Source: Candidatus Bathyarchaeota archaeon (GTDB taxonomy: Archaea; Thermoproteota; Bathyarchaeia; 40CM-2-53-6; RBG-13-38-9). Taken from it: a stretch of 64,000 bases of DNA. Each line of letters starts with the position of its first letter. Position 1 is the first letter of the stretch. Below, in pieces: positions 54,696 through 64,000 of this stretch. Where the stretch lies: assembly GCA_963807605.1 (NCBI GenBank), contig CAWECG010000003.1, forward strand, positions 800,001-864,000, written 5' to 3'. The translations under genes and the position numbers were made by a program. The notes beneath the pieces are model-generated. The model worked only from the letters and a program-made list of their open reading frames with translations. It was not told the origin of the DNA and made no database searches.

Positions 54696-56927
54696 CTAGC
54701 CTTCAGTCGTTAGACAATCCTTCCGGTTATCCTTCAACTCAGGAAGTGTGGGCAGTGTAGACACTGCGACTATTGTGTCTTCTCGTCTACGTCTGATCTG
54801 CAAGACCTGATTCTCTCTGCTTAAGTCCCGATAGATAGTTACACCCTTGCACCCAAGCTGATAGGCTAACATATATACAGTCTCAACATCCTCTGGCGTA
54901 GCGTCGTGCGGAAAATTCACAGTCTTGGATACGGCGTTGTCGGTATGGTTCTGGAAGGCAGCTTGGATTCTAATGTGCCATTCTGGAGAGACATCGTGGG
55001 CGGTGACGAAGACTCTCTTGACATCTTCGGGGATTTCTAGAAAGTCTTGTATCGACCCTACGTCACCGATTGTTCTCATCAACTCCTCGCTGTAGAATCC
55101 TCTTTCATAAGCAATTTTTTCGAATAAGGGGTTAACCTCAACTAACTCTGTGTTGTCCATGACATTGCGAACGTAGCAGATAGCAAATATCGGTTCGATT
55201 CCACTTGAGCAGCCTGCTATAATGCTGAGTGTTCCGGTCGGCGCAATTGTGGTTGTTGTTGCATTTCGTCTCGGCAACTGACCAGCAACATCATATACGC
55301 TACCCTTAAAGTTCGGGAAGGGCTCTCTCTCTTTTGCTAGTTCCTGAGAGGCTTTGTCGGCTTCTTCAGATATGAATGACATTATCTCTTCTGCTACTTT
55401 GATGGCCTTGTCGGAGTTGTAGGGAATCCGCAGTTGGATCAGTATATCTGCAAAGCCCATGACGCCCAGACCAATCTTCCTGTTGCCTCTGGTCATTTCC
55501 TCTATTTCTTTGAGTGGATACTTGTTTACATCTATTACATTGTCTAGGAAGTGAACGGCTGTTTCGACAGTCTTTGATAGTCTCTTGTAATCTATCGTAC
55601 TATTAGTTACCATTTTTGACAAGTTTATTGAGCCCAGATTACATGATTCGTAGGGTAGTAGGGGTTGTTCCCCGCAAGGATTGGTACTCTCTATTTTTCC
55701 CAGCTCTGGAGTTGGATTATCACGATTCAGTCTGTCTAGGAAGACTATTCCGGGCTCACCATTCTTCCAAGCTTGATTGACTATTAGTGTGAAAACATTA
55801 CGAGCGGAGAGTTTCTCCACAGCCTCCTTAGTTCGAGGATTAACAAGGTCATATTCAGTTCCACGGATGACCGCTCTCATGAAATCTTCAGTCAACCCTA
55901 CTGAGATGTTGAAGTTGTTCAGGCACTGATTCTCGTCCTTAGCTGATATGAATTCCAGAATGTCGGGATGGTCTACCCGAAGAATGGCCATGTTTGCGCC
56001 CCGACGCTTTCCCCCTTGCTTGATCACTTCTGTGGCAGCGTCGAAGACTCGCATAAACGAAACTGGACCAGAAGCAACCCCTCCTGTAGTCCTAACAAAA
56101 TCGTTCTTGGGTCGCAACCTTGAGAATGAGAATCCTGTTCCTCCACCAGACTTGTGAATAAGGGCCGTCTGCTTCACGGCGTCAAAAATATTCTCCATAG
56201 AATCATCAACAGGCAATACAAAGCAGGCAGACAGCTGGCCAAGTGACGTTCCAGCATTCATGAGCGTCGGAGAGTTGGGTAGAAACTCGAGATTTGTCAT
56301 TAATTTGTAGAATTCTTCGCGCGTTTTTTTCAGATCTGCCTTTGGGTTGTAAGGAGTATCTGCTTCCGCCACCGCCTCCGCTACCCGTCGGAAAAGAGCT
56401 GTAGGTGTCTCTGCAAGGCGGCCCTTCTCATCTCTCTTCAAGTATCGCCTTTCTAAGACGCTGATCGCATTCGGAGAGAGTTTACTGTCAAATTCGGAAT
56501 CAAGAAGCATTGTTCTTGCTTCGCGGATATCTCTTCGCTTCTGTCTATGTAGGATGTAAGATTTCGCCGTCTTCGCATGCCCGCTCTCGATAAGAACCTT
56601 CTCAACAATATCTTGAACTTCTTCAACGGTAGGAATATGTTGGCTGTCGAACTTCTCTCCGAGATCTTTTACGACCGTGTCGGAGAGTTGTTGTGCAAGC
56701 TCTCTGTCCCGACCTCCGACAGATTCTGCTGCCTTGTATATTGCGACCGTTATCTTCTCTTGGTCAAAGTCAACTATTCTTCCGTCACGCTTACGAATCT
56801 TCGAGGGAGTCACAACAAGCGATGAGTTGGTTTCACCTCCTCGAAGACGAGGATCCTTATTCGATGTTGGATTCGCCGCATCAGATGCCAAAAGTTCAGC
56901 CCCTAGAAGCAAGAGCCCATTTGTCAC
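54696..56927 (-). CDS. nrdJ: class II (B12-dependent) ribonucleotide reductase with ATP cone
   Basis: [13 protein letters not shown] cone, [37 protein letters not shown]. Confidence 0.95.
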   Translation of the reverse strand: MTNGLLLLGAELLASDAANPTSNKDPRLRGGETNSSLVVTPSKIRKRDGRIVDFDQEKITVAIYKAAESVGGRDRELAQQLSDTVVKDLGEKFDSQHIPTVEEVQDIVEKVLIESGHAKTAKSYILHRQKRRDIREARTMLLDSEFDSKLSPNAISVLERRYLKRDEKGRLAETPTALFRRVAEAVAEADTPYNPKADLKKTREEFYKLMTNLEFLPNSPTLMNAGTSLGQLSACFVLPVDDSMENIFDAVKQTALIHKSGGGTGFSFSRLRPKNDFVRTTGGVASGPVSFMRVFDAATEVIKQGGKRRGANMAILRVDHPDILEFISAKDENQCLNNFNISVGLTEDFMRAVIRGTEYDLVNPRTKEAVEKLSARNVFTLIVNQAWKNGEPGIVFLDRLNRDNPTPELGKIESTNPCGEQPLLPYESCNLGSINLSKMVTNSTIDYKRLSKTVETAVHFLDNVIDVNKYPLKEIEEMTRGNRKIGLGVMGFADILIQLRIPYNSDKAIKVAEEIMSFISEEADKASQELAKEREPFPNFKGSVYDVAGQLPRRNATTTTIAPTGTLSIIAGCSSGIEPIFAICYVRNVMDNTELVEVNPLFEKIAYERGFYSEELMRTIGDVGSIQDFLEIPEDVKRVFVTAHDVSPEWHIRIQAAFQNHTDNAVSKTVNFPHDATPEDVETVYMLAYQLGCKGVTIYRDLSRENQVLQIRRRREDTIVAVSTLPTLPELKDNRKDCLTTEG

Positions 56928-57105
56928 GACCTCTGCCAGATTAAGAGTTTAGACAGCTACATATAAAATCCTGCAGTGATTCCTACCCTAGATGTTTATG
57001 TTGAGTGAATCTTTGGTCAACATGCCTTCTGTTAGCGTGTTCTCTGGTCGGAAACCTTTACTTAAGTTAGCCGAACACTCTCTGTGATGGGAGAGTAGAA
57101 GCTCG

Positions 57106-57492
57106 ATGATAATCGAGGTTGTCTGTCCTCTTGACTTGTTCAGGAGATTCATGATCCTAAGCACGTGCAGCTCCTTCATGCCAAACGACTTTCTTGAGGA
57201 TGAGAGTGTCTTTCCTGAGAGACCAGTGGAGAATGGGACAATGTATGTCGAGGCAGAGGATAAGGAGACCTTGCAGAAAATAAGGGACATTCAGTTTACA
57301 AGAGTCTCAAACGTGTTGGGCGTCATCTACAATTCTAAGAGCGGCTTGACTAAGCTGAAGTGGCGACATACCAAAGAAACATTGGGCAAACTCAACGGCG
57401 AGGCTAGCGGTAATTCAGTAGTGAATCTGTTTGAGGCAGAAATACTAGACGAAGTCTACATCAGAAAGATGCAGAAAAAGGAGAGGCGTTGA
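57106..57492 (+). CDS. conserved archaeal hypothetical protein
   Basis: 128-aa ORF, YVEAEDK, NVLGVIYNSKSG. Confidence 0.6.
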   Translation: MIIEVVCPLDLFRRFMILSTCSSFMPNDFLEDESVFPERPVENGTMYVEAEDKETLQKIRDIQFTRVSNVLGVIYNSKSGLTKLKWRHTKETLGKLNGEASGNSVVNLFEAEILDEVYIRKMQKKERR

Positions 57493-57503
57493 GGTGCCAT
57501 CTA

Positions 57504-58223
57504 TTAGAAACCTAGTTCTTCACCTACCAAGATCACAGTCGTATCGGTCTTTGTAGGACGTTTCTCCAGTATAGTGATTGCATGGCAATGCCTGCTTGGA
57601 GGTTCACAGGCTTCCAAGTCGCAGACGTCCACAACACATGGAGTAGTTCCACCCGCTCGCTTCACATTCATAGGAGTTGCCACATTTCTGATCCTCTCAA
57701 TACCTTGGTGAACGTCCTTCACTATTTTGTTGAAGCCAGCAATAATTATGACCTTTGGAGGTCCGAAGATCATTGCGGCAACCCTGTTGCCTGTTCCATC
57801 AGCGTTGACAAGCTTACCGTCTTCGGTGACAGCATTGCTACTGCTCACAAAGATGTCACAAGTCAGGTGCGCTTTTCTTATGGTGAGATCCTCCTCCGGA
57901 GTAATCTTCTTCCATGTCTCAAGAACGTTTACACCTCTCTTGCGGAGTTCCTCAACGAGACCGATCTCACGTGCTGTGACTGATCCTCCAATGCCAACAT
58001 TGACTTTTGGAGGAATCAGTTTCAGAGTTTCATTTAGTGCATCGTTTTTTGTTGGGGCATAGACAGTCTTGAAGCCGTTGCTCTCCAATGCTTTTGAGGT
58101 TCTATTAATTTGACGTTCAATAAACCACTTTTTTTCTTCTCTCATGACAGTCACAGAGCTAGTGATTTCTGTGGTAATGTATTTAGACCTTTCAGCTCTA
58201 GTAGCGTCATTGACATCACTCAA
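57504..58223 (-). CDS. LUD domain (lactate utilisation protein C/YkgG-like)
   Basis: GIGGSVT, SSSNAVTEDGKLVNADGTGNRVA, GFNKIV. Confidence 0.85.
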   Translation of the reverse strand: MSDVNDATRAERSKYITTEITSSVTVMREEKKWFIERQINRTSKALESNGFKTVYAPTKNDALNETLKLIPPKVNVGIGGSVTAREIGLVEELRKRGVNVLETWKKITPEEDLTIRKAHLTCDIFVSSSNAVTEDGKLVNADGTGNRVAAMIFGPPKVIIIAGFNKIVKDVHQGIERIRNVATPMNVKRAGGTTPCVVDVCDLEACEPPSRHCHAITILEKRPTKTDTTVILVGEELGF

Positions 58224-58362
58224 GATAATTTTTTTCCTTTGCAGATGGAAGATTTATCTAGGGTCGGCATCTAGTCAGGATAATATCAAAACAAGGAAGG
58301 CATCTAGAGAGTGTTGAGATCTGCTAGTTGAGGTTGCTGCTGGAATAACGCTTGGCCTTGGC

Positions 58363-58971
58363 TTGGGCGTCTCATGTGTAGCTCAATGTGCGCCTATATT
58401 AGCCCCTCATATTGCAGCAGAACATCCTGAAGCTAAGAAGGGGCTTGTAGCTTCAATGTATTTCAGTGTGGGCAGACTTTTATCGTATCTTGCCCTTGGC
58501 TTATTCGTTGGTTACTTTGGAAGAATTCTCTTCAATCCATATGTTGCTGCGGCAGTGGTGATCCCTTTGGGGATTCTCTTAATGGTGTACGGCTTCTTGA
58601 TCTCTTTCGGCACTAGAATGAAGTACGCGTCAAGCATTTGCTGCCATTTTGGAAGAGTCAAATCAACTTTTGTCTTGGGAATCGTACTGGGTCTTAGACC
58701 ATGTATCCCGCTCATAGCGGCCTTGACTTACAGCGCCACTATGTTGAGCTTGCCCCAAGCCTTGCTCTTTATGGCTTCCTTCTGGGTGGGATCCACTGCC
58801 TACGTTCTCATTCTAGGCATTCTTGCCGGCACTGTAACCCATTTTGCAGTTGTTCATTCGAATATGGGAAGGATCAGGAGAATAAGTGGGATAGCCCTGG
58901 TGGTTGTTGGTTTTATCTTTGCTAATCAAGGTGTTGCGTACATGTTATCGCCCGAGGCGACTCGTCTGTGA
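58363..58971 (+). CDS. DsbD_2/TauE-like membrane protein (start probably near 58311)
   Basis: CVAQCAP, GRLLSY, GLRPCIP, six TM segments. Confidence 0.75.
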   Translation: MGVSCVAQCAPILAPHIAAEHPEAKKGLVASMYFSVGRLLSYLALGLFVGYFGRILFNPYVAAAVVIPLGILLMVYGFLISFGTRMKYASSICCHFGRVKSTFVLGIVLGLRPCIPLIAALTYSATMLSLPQALLFMASFWVGSTAYVLILGILAGTVTHFAVVHSNMGRIRRISGIALVVVGFIFANQGVAYMLSPEATRL

Positions 58972-59024
58972 TTGACCCATTATTAGAGTTACTGAAGGAA
59001 TGACCTGAATCTTTAAAGTGCAGC

Positions 59025-59276
59025 AAAGAGCACGGTGCAAAGATCGTAGGCTGCTTCTGTGCCTACATACCAGAAGAATTAATCACCGCCGCTGATATGA
59101 TTCCACTCAGATTAGTGAGTGAATGCACTTCCGAAGCAATGCAAGCTGGAGAATAGTATCTTAAGTCATACAGTTGGCCATACGTACGCATCTGCATTGG
59201 AAACAAGGTTAAGAACAATCCATACTTTGAGCTCCTAGACGCCATCTGTATAGCGGGCACCTGCGACGGCATGAAA
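59025..59276 (+). pseudogene. 2-hydroxyacyl-CoA dehydratase (HgdAB/D-component) family N-terminal relic
   Basis: GAKIVGCFCAYIPEELITAADMIPLRL...TCDGMK with in-frame TAG at 59154; remainder absent. Confidence 0.75.
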
Positions 59277-59433
59277 ATTGTCGTTGTAGCTACTACGCTG
59301 ATTGGGACGAAATCGACTTCATTCTTGAACCTGCTCTTCATGAGGGCTTGTTTGTGGCGTGTCAGGGATTGTGACTGAAGTTATTATCTTATGTCAAGTT
59401 GCCTAAGGTTAGCAATACTTGTTGCAATTCACT

Positions 59434-59820
59434 TTACAAGAGATTATATGCTAATGCATGCTTGATGACTGAGGTCTGAGTGACAAGTCCGATCAACTTG
59501 TCTTCATCATTAACTACAGGTATCCTCTGTATTCCAGTCTTGACCATTATATCAACAATTTCCTTGAGAGTCGTCCTTTCATTCCCTTTCAGGAGTTTTG
59601 TAGTCATCAGATCCTCAACTGATAGATTTGAGACATCAGAGCCAGATAGATCTATATCCCTTTGAGTTATCATCCCCAGCAGAACGCCTTTTTCATCAAT
59701 AACGGGTAACCCTCCAACGCCATGCCTCATCATGTTTATTCTTGCCAAAGCGACTTTGCTGCCGGCCTTAATGGTGTAAACATCCTTGATCATTATGTCC
59801 TTTGCCAAGTAATCTTTCAT
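59434..59820 (-). CDS. CBS domain protein
   Basis: Tandem CBS repeats (GLPVID...GMITQRD; RIPVVN...GLVTQ). Confidence 0.9.
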   Translation of the reverse strand: MKDYLAKDIMIKDVYTIKAGSKVALARINMMRHGVGGLPVIDEKGVLLGMITQRDIDLSGSDVSNLSVEDLMTTKLLKGNERTTLKEIVDIMVKTGIQRIPVVNDEDKLIGLVTQTSVIKHALAYNLL

Positions 59821-59903
59821 CTAGCCAGACCACAATTAGGTAGTGAGACCTGTCTAAAAAATCTGATTAATACTGCATCTATCAACATGAATTTGCACAT
59901 GAT

Positions 59904-61232
59904 CTAAAGACCGCTTCTGAACTCTTTCAACGCGCCCTCTAGAATGTTCAGACCGATATCAACAAGGTCTCGCGTTATAATCAGAGGAGGTGTAAGTATG
60001 ATGGTGGATCCTGAGATTCTTAGCGCAACTCCTCGCTTAAACGCATTCAGAACAATATCTCTCGCCTCATTTATGGCAGGAATCTTGCTCTTTTTATCCT
60101 TCACCAACTCCACACCCACCATCAACCCCTTCCCCCTTACATCCCCTATCAATTCATACTTCTCCATCATCTCTCTTAGTCTACGCAGAATGTAGTTACC
60201 TTGTCTAGTTGAATTTTCAAGAAGATCATCCTTGGCAATCACCTCAAAAACTGCCAGTGCCGCTGCGCAACTTAATGGATTGCCACCAAAAATGCTCGAA
60301 TGAACCTCAGGCTCCCAATCCATAATCTCAGCCCCACACAAAGTAGCTCCCAGCGGCAGACCCGAAGAAATTCCTCCTGCAATGCAGATGATATCCGGGA
60401 TTACTTGCCAATGTTCGATGCCAAACCACTTCCCTGTACGACCTACGCCCGTCTCGGTTTCATCGTCTACCAAAGCGATCTTGAATTCATCCGCAAGCTT
60501 ACGAAGCCTATAAAAATAATCCGGAGCAGGCGTTATGCATCCTTCCGCTTGAATTGACTCGAAGAATATTGCCGCAACATCTTCCGGAGCAACTACCCTC
60601 TGCAGAATATACTCGTCAATGAAATCTATGCATTTATAGTTGCATTCAGGACATGAAAGATCAAACGGGCACCTATAACAATAAGGATAAGGCACGTGAA
60701 CCACACTCGACATCACAGGTGATAGATATCGCCTCTGAGCAAGCTTACAAGCCGACAGGCTCATAGATCCAAAAGTCTCACCATGTGAAGCGTTGGTGTA
60801 TGCTAGGAGACTCGTCCTTCTGAAATGCCACCGAACAATCTTGATCGCGGCTTCAATAGCCTCCGTTCCAGAATTGCTGAAGAATACGCGCTTCTCAAAA
60901 CTTCCTGGTGTAACATCACAGAGTTTCTGGGCAAGCTTCACCGTAACCTCACAATAGAAGCTTTTCTGCGAGTAATGTGTAAATTTATCGAGTTGTTCTT
61001 TCACAGAATTAATGACAGCTGGATGAGAATTCCCAACGTTCAAACATGATAAACCAGAGCTAAAGTCGACGAATTCGTTGCCATCAACATCTCGAACTAT
61101 GCATTCATTGCCAGACTGTACAACTAGTGGATACAGTCTACGCAGAGACGGTGACAGAAGCCTCTCATCACTTCTCAAGAGTTCTCGAGCTTTAGGACCA
61201 GGAGGAGTAACCACTATCTTGGGGTGGCTCAT
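59904..61232 (-). CDS. class III aminotransferase homologue lacking the PLP-binding lysine
   Basis: PPGPKA, NSGTEA, GVGRTGKW, GDVRGKGLM; DIICIAGG where DxxxxAKG is expected. Confidence 0.85.
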   Translation of the reverse strand: MSHPKIVVTPPGPKARELLRSDERLLSPSLRRLYPLVVQSGNECIVRDVDGNEFVDFSSGLSCLNVGNSHPAVINSVKEQLDKFTHYSQKSFYCEVTVKLAQKLCDVTPGSFEKRVFFSNSGTEAIEAAIKIVRWHFRRTSLLAYTNASHGETFGSMSLSACKLAQRRYLSPVMSSVVHVPYPYCYRCPFDLSCPECNYKCIDFIDEYILQRVVAPEDVAAIFFESIQAEGCITPAPDYFYRLRKLADEFKIALVDDETETGVGRTGKWFGIEHWQVIPDIICIAGGISSGLPLGATLCGAEIMDWEPEVHSSIFGGNPLSCAAALAVFEVIAKDDLLENSTRQGNYILRRLREMMEKYELIGDVRGKGLMVGVELVKDKKSKIPAINEARDIVLNAFKRGVALRISGSTIILTPPLIITRDLVDIGLNILEGALKEFRSGL

Positions 61233-61271
61233 GTCTTCCTCTAGAAGCTAAAGAAGGATATAATGAATTGG

Positions 61272-61589
61272 TTAGATTGGAGTTGCTTTCTGCATTGCTT
61301 CCTCTTTTCTGGTCAGAGTTATTTCAATTGTTGAGACGCTGGTTCCGCGGCCGTCGTAGCGCGTGATATCCTCAGATCCAATGTCAACCGATTTAATCAT
61401 AAGCTCCTTGAAGAAAGACCTCTTCAACATCCCTACGGTGTCTATGGCTTTGGGAATAGCTCTACCCCTAGCTCTCACCATGATCTCTCTTTTTCCAGAG
61501 TTAAAGAGCGTGACGCAGGCGACGACGTAGCTGATAAGCGGCTTTTTGCCTATCCGAACCATATCACCTTGATGTATAATCATCGCCAT
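61272..61589 (-). CDS. albA: DNA/RNA-binding protein Alba
   Basis: IGKKP..SYV, ARGRAI.KAID, VSTIEITL; likely start at ATG 61589. Confidence 0.88.
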   Translation of the reverse strand: MAMIIHQGDMVRIGKKPLISYVVACVTLFNSGKREIMVRARGRAIPKAIDTVGMLKRSFFKELMIKSVDIGSEDITRYDGRGTSVSTIEITLTRKEEAMQKATPI

Positions 61590-61661
61590 CGATCCGATGG
61601 GGCCGTTATCACGCTTGTTAGTACAAAATTCTAACAAGATTAAGTTTCCGGCTAGCTTTAC

Positions 61662-62738
61662 ATGAACACCCAACAGTCAATAAAGAAGGAAAGTGGCTTA
61701 TTTGCGACGGATCACAATCAAAGAACTGCTGGGCGTTGCTTAACCATGACTGAGCTTGGTTGGTGCGGAGGGTTCGTCATCAGAACTCGTGAGAACCAGC
61801 TGGTCTTCGATCCAAGCTCAACAGGCAACTTAAGACAGGATTCTTCAATCTTCATATCTCATGCTCATGCAGACCATTCTACAGGTTTGAGGAGCAAGTT
61901 CCTAAAGTACTCTTCCCAAGAGACCAGAAAGATCTTTGAGAATCTCTCAGGCAGATCTGTCGTCAACTTTCACGATACTAATTTAGGACGCTCTATAAAG
62001 CTCGGAGATGTCGAGGTAACCCCGATAAATGCAGGTCATATGCTGGGCTCAACACAGTTCCTAGTAACTTTGCCAGATACTACAATTCTATACACTGGTG
62101 ATATCAACTACATAGATACACTAACAACGAAAAGAGCTGAGAAAGTACAGTGTGACATTCTTGTCACAGAGGCAACATATGGGGATCCATTATATGTTTT
62201 CCCAGATAGGGAGGAGATCTACGCAAACATCGTCAAGTGGACTTTGGACCAGATCAACAAGGGGCTAGTGCCTACATTTCAAGTCTATGCAGCTGGAAAA
62301 GCACAAGAGCTTGTAAGGCTCTTTAACCTCTACACAAACCTTGATGTGACAACTAACCAAAAAATAGCAAAGGTCAATGCAATATACTCAAACAGCGGGT
62401 TGAACCTTAACTGTAATGAAGTTAACTCTGAAGTGGATAGTAAGAGTTGTGTTTGCATCACGACAAGATCGAATCCAATGAATACAAGGAATTACGCTCG
62501 GGCTGTCACAACCGGCTGGGCTTTAAAGATGCATTCAAGTAGAGCTGGCGCTTTTCCTCTTAGTAGTCACGCTGATTTTAGTCAACTCCTACAATTTGTT
62601 AAAGATTCTGGAGCTAAGATGGTATATGGCTTCACAGGTTACACTGACATCTTTGCAACCGAGATCAGAAGGAACCTTGGTATATCGAGTAGGCCATTAC
62701 CACACTTTGCGCAAAAGACATTACAATGCTTTAGCTAG
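61662..62738 (+). CDS. MBL-fold / beta-CASP-like exonuclease (start likely 61746)
   Basis: ISHAHADH, AGHMLGS, YTGD, TEATYG, GKAQE, LSSHADF. Confidence 0.85.
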   Translation: MNTQQSIKKESGLFATDHNQRTAGRCLTMTELGWCGGFVIRTRENQLVFDPSSTGNLRQDSSIFISHAHADHSTGLRSKFLKYSSQETRKIFENLSGRSVVNFHDTNLGRSIKLGDVEVTPINAGHMLGSTQFLVTLPDTTILYTGDINYIDTLTTKRAEKVQCDILVTEATYGDPLYVFPDREEIYANIVKWTLDQINKGLVPTFQVYAAGKAQELVRLFNLYTNLDVTTNQKIAKVNAIYSNSGLNLNCNEVNSEVDSKSCVCITTRSNPMNTRNYARAVTTGWALKMHSSRAGAFPLSSHADFSQLLQFVKDSGAKMVYGFTGYTDIFATEIRRNLGISSRPLPHFAQKTLQCFS

Positions 62739-62745
62739 CTACTCT

Positions 62746-62922
62746 TTATTTGAAAGATGCGTATGCTACCAAGCTGACGGCTATTAATGCGATACCCATC
62801 GCTATAATAAATTCTGGTCTCAATTTTATGCCAGCTGTCTCTTCTTCAAAGAAACGCAACAACCCGGCACTAGCCGCTGGCATAGGAGCTTCTCGGCGTC
62901 TCTTCTTCTCGCGTCCACTCAA
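62746..62922 (-). CDS. secG: preprotein translocase subunit Sec61-beta (58 aa)
   Basis: Not in ORF track. MSGREKKRRREAPMPAASAGLLRFFEEETAGIKLRPEFIIAMGIALIAVSLVAYASFK. Confidence 0.9.
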   Translation of the reverse strand: MSGREKKRRREAPMPAASAGLLRFFEEETAGIKLRPEFIIAMGIALIAVSLVAYASFK

Positions 62923-63053
62923 TTATCTCGCCACGAAATGGAATTGGGATCTCGCTTACTTTTAAACCTAGATCGTTAAATGGAGATTAACCGATAGATT
63001 AACGTAGTCTTATTCACGATTACTGCCGAAGACATCAGACAGGAAGGATCTTG

Positions 63054-64000
63054 ATGATACTCTCAACAAAGATCATCACAATGGAAGGGGACCCAAAAGA
63101 GAGGGGCTTTCAGTACGGTTCCTCAGCCAAATCTCTGATCCAGACAAATGTGGAGACGTACCAGAGGCAGTTTAAGAGATTTACTAAACTGGACTGGGGA
63201 CAGATTAAAGCGAACGCCTCAGGTTGGATCCCTATAATAAGAGAATATGATAGCGAGATAATGGAAGAGATTGAGGGTATAGCATCCGGAGCTGAGAGAA
63301 CAGTCGAAGAGATTGTTGCCCTCAATGCAAGATATGAGCTTGCTATTACGCCTCTTTCAGGAAGATTTGATCGAGAATGCACCTCGTTCGCAGCTACCCC
63401 GGATGCGCCCTCCTCGACCACAGTCATCCTAGGCGAAAACTGGGATTTTAGAAGTAAGTTCAAGGAAACGTGTGTGCTTCTTAACATAAAGCAGACTGGA
63501 AAACCCAATATTCTCACCCATGTTGAAGCTGGGACAGTGGCTCACAAGGGTCTTAACTCATCCGGTCTCGGTCTTTGTATCAATGCGTTACTCTCTAACA
63601 AGGACAGTGTAAATCCTGGAGTTCCACTTGTGTCAGTAGTAGCGCGCAGAGTATTGAACTCTGAGACCATTAGGGATGCTATACACTCTGTGGCAAAAGC
63701 GAAGAGATCAGCCTCAATAAATTACATGATTGCACATGCTGGAGGCGAAGCTATAGACCTTGAAGTAACACCGAATGACATCACAATTCTACATCCAGAG
63801 GAGGGTATTTTGACACACTCAAATAACTTTCTTACTCCAAATATCGATCTAAAGGACTTAGGCAAGACTGTTTTCCCAGACTCGCCCATAAGATGGAACA
63901 GAATGAGACGACTCTTAAGACAGAAGAAGAGGCTCGATATCAAATCCATAAAGTCCGCAACAAGTGATCATTTTGATTATCCAAGCTCAATTTGCAGGCA
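63054..64000 (+). CDS. C45 family peptidase / acyl-CoA:6-APA acyltransferase-like Ntn hydrolase, partial
   Basis: Not in ORF track (runs off end). EGDPKERGFQYG, EEIEGIA.GA, LNARYE, ECTSF, GENWDF. Confidence 0.85.
   Translation, partial: MILSTKIITMEGDPKERGFQYGSSAKSLIQTNVETYQRQFKRFTKLDWGQIKANASGWIPIIREYDSEIMEEIEGIASGAERTVEEIVALNARYELAITPLSGRFDRECTSFAATPDAPSSTTVILGENWDFRSKFKETCVLLNIKQTGKPNILTHVEAGTVAHKGLNSSGLGLCINALLSNKDSVNPGVPLVSVVARRVLNSETIRDAIHSVAKAKRSASINYMIAHAGGEAIDLEVTPNDITILHPEEGILTHSNNFLTPNIDLKDLGKTVFPDSPIRWNRMRRLLRQKKRLDIKSIKSATSDHFDYPSSICR

Noticed and set aside
59154-59156. In-frame TAG as pyrrolysine readthrough
   Set aside because: The surrounding gene is truncated and degenerate and no pyl genes are in the window; a nonsense mutation is simpler.
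62750-63949. ORF-track calls 62750..62965 (+), 63110..63517 (-) and 63722..63949 (-)
   Set aside because: Antisense shadows of Sec61-beta and the C45 peptidase; the many other short antisense ORFs inside long genes were dismissed likewise.

Overview
Archaeal chromosomal window, most consistent with a TACK archaeon such as Bathyarchaeia. This is inferred from Alba, Sec61-beta, UPF0147/UPF0148, acetyl-CoA synthase, corrinoid methyltransferases and TATA-type promoters. No rRNA, tRNA or CRISPR array was recognised. (1) About 1-5.5 kb is a casposon-like mobile element. It has a stand-alone Cas1 of the family-2 casposase type with a C-terminal HTH, and no PolB gene in the window. Divergent from it lies a compact plasmid-like replication module: wHTH, Arg-rich protein, a minimal AEP primase-like protein and an MCM-like AAA+ ATPase. 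An array of palindromic boxes with 16-bp period lies next to this module. The casposase has Pro in place of its catalytic His, and a second, decayed casposase fragment lies at 41.5 kb. (2) 5.5-15 kb is a tetrapyrrole/alternative-heme operon (sirC-hemA-hemB-hemL-hemC-cobA-[hemD::ahbA fusion]-ahbB-ahbC) beside an Lrp regulator. (3) 15-39 kb holds mixed housekeeping and accessory genes, including a lone bacterial-length acetyl-CoA synthase, CcmF, a haloarchaeal-type mevalonate decarboxylase and a TlpA-VKOR pair. (4) 39-55 kb is a patchy island with a reductive dehalogenase-like protein, a Tat-exported xanthine-dehydrogenase-family molybdoenzyme, a corrinoid protein, two MtaA/URO-D-like paralogues, repeated small surface-protein paralogues and several gene relics. 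Some relics in this and the preceding region break exactly at a recurring RCGYGCGCTA-like motif. (5) 55-64 kb carries class II RNR, LUD, CBS, an aminotransferase lacking its PLP lysine, Alba, an MBL nuclease, Sec61-beta and a C45 peptidase. All family assignments are from motif recognition by eye; no database search was run.
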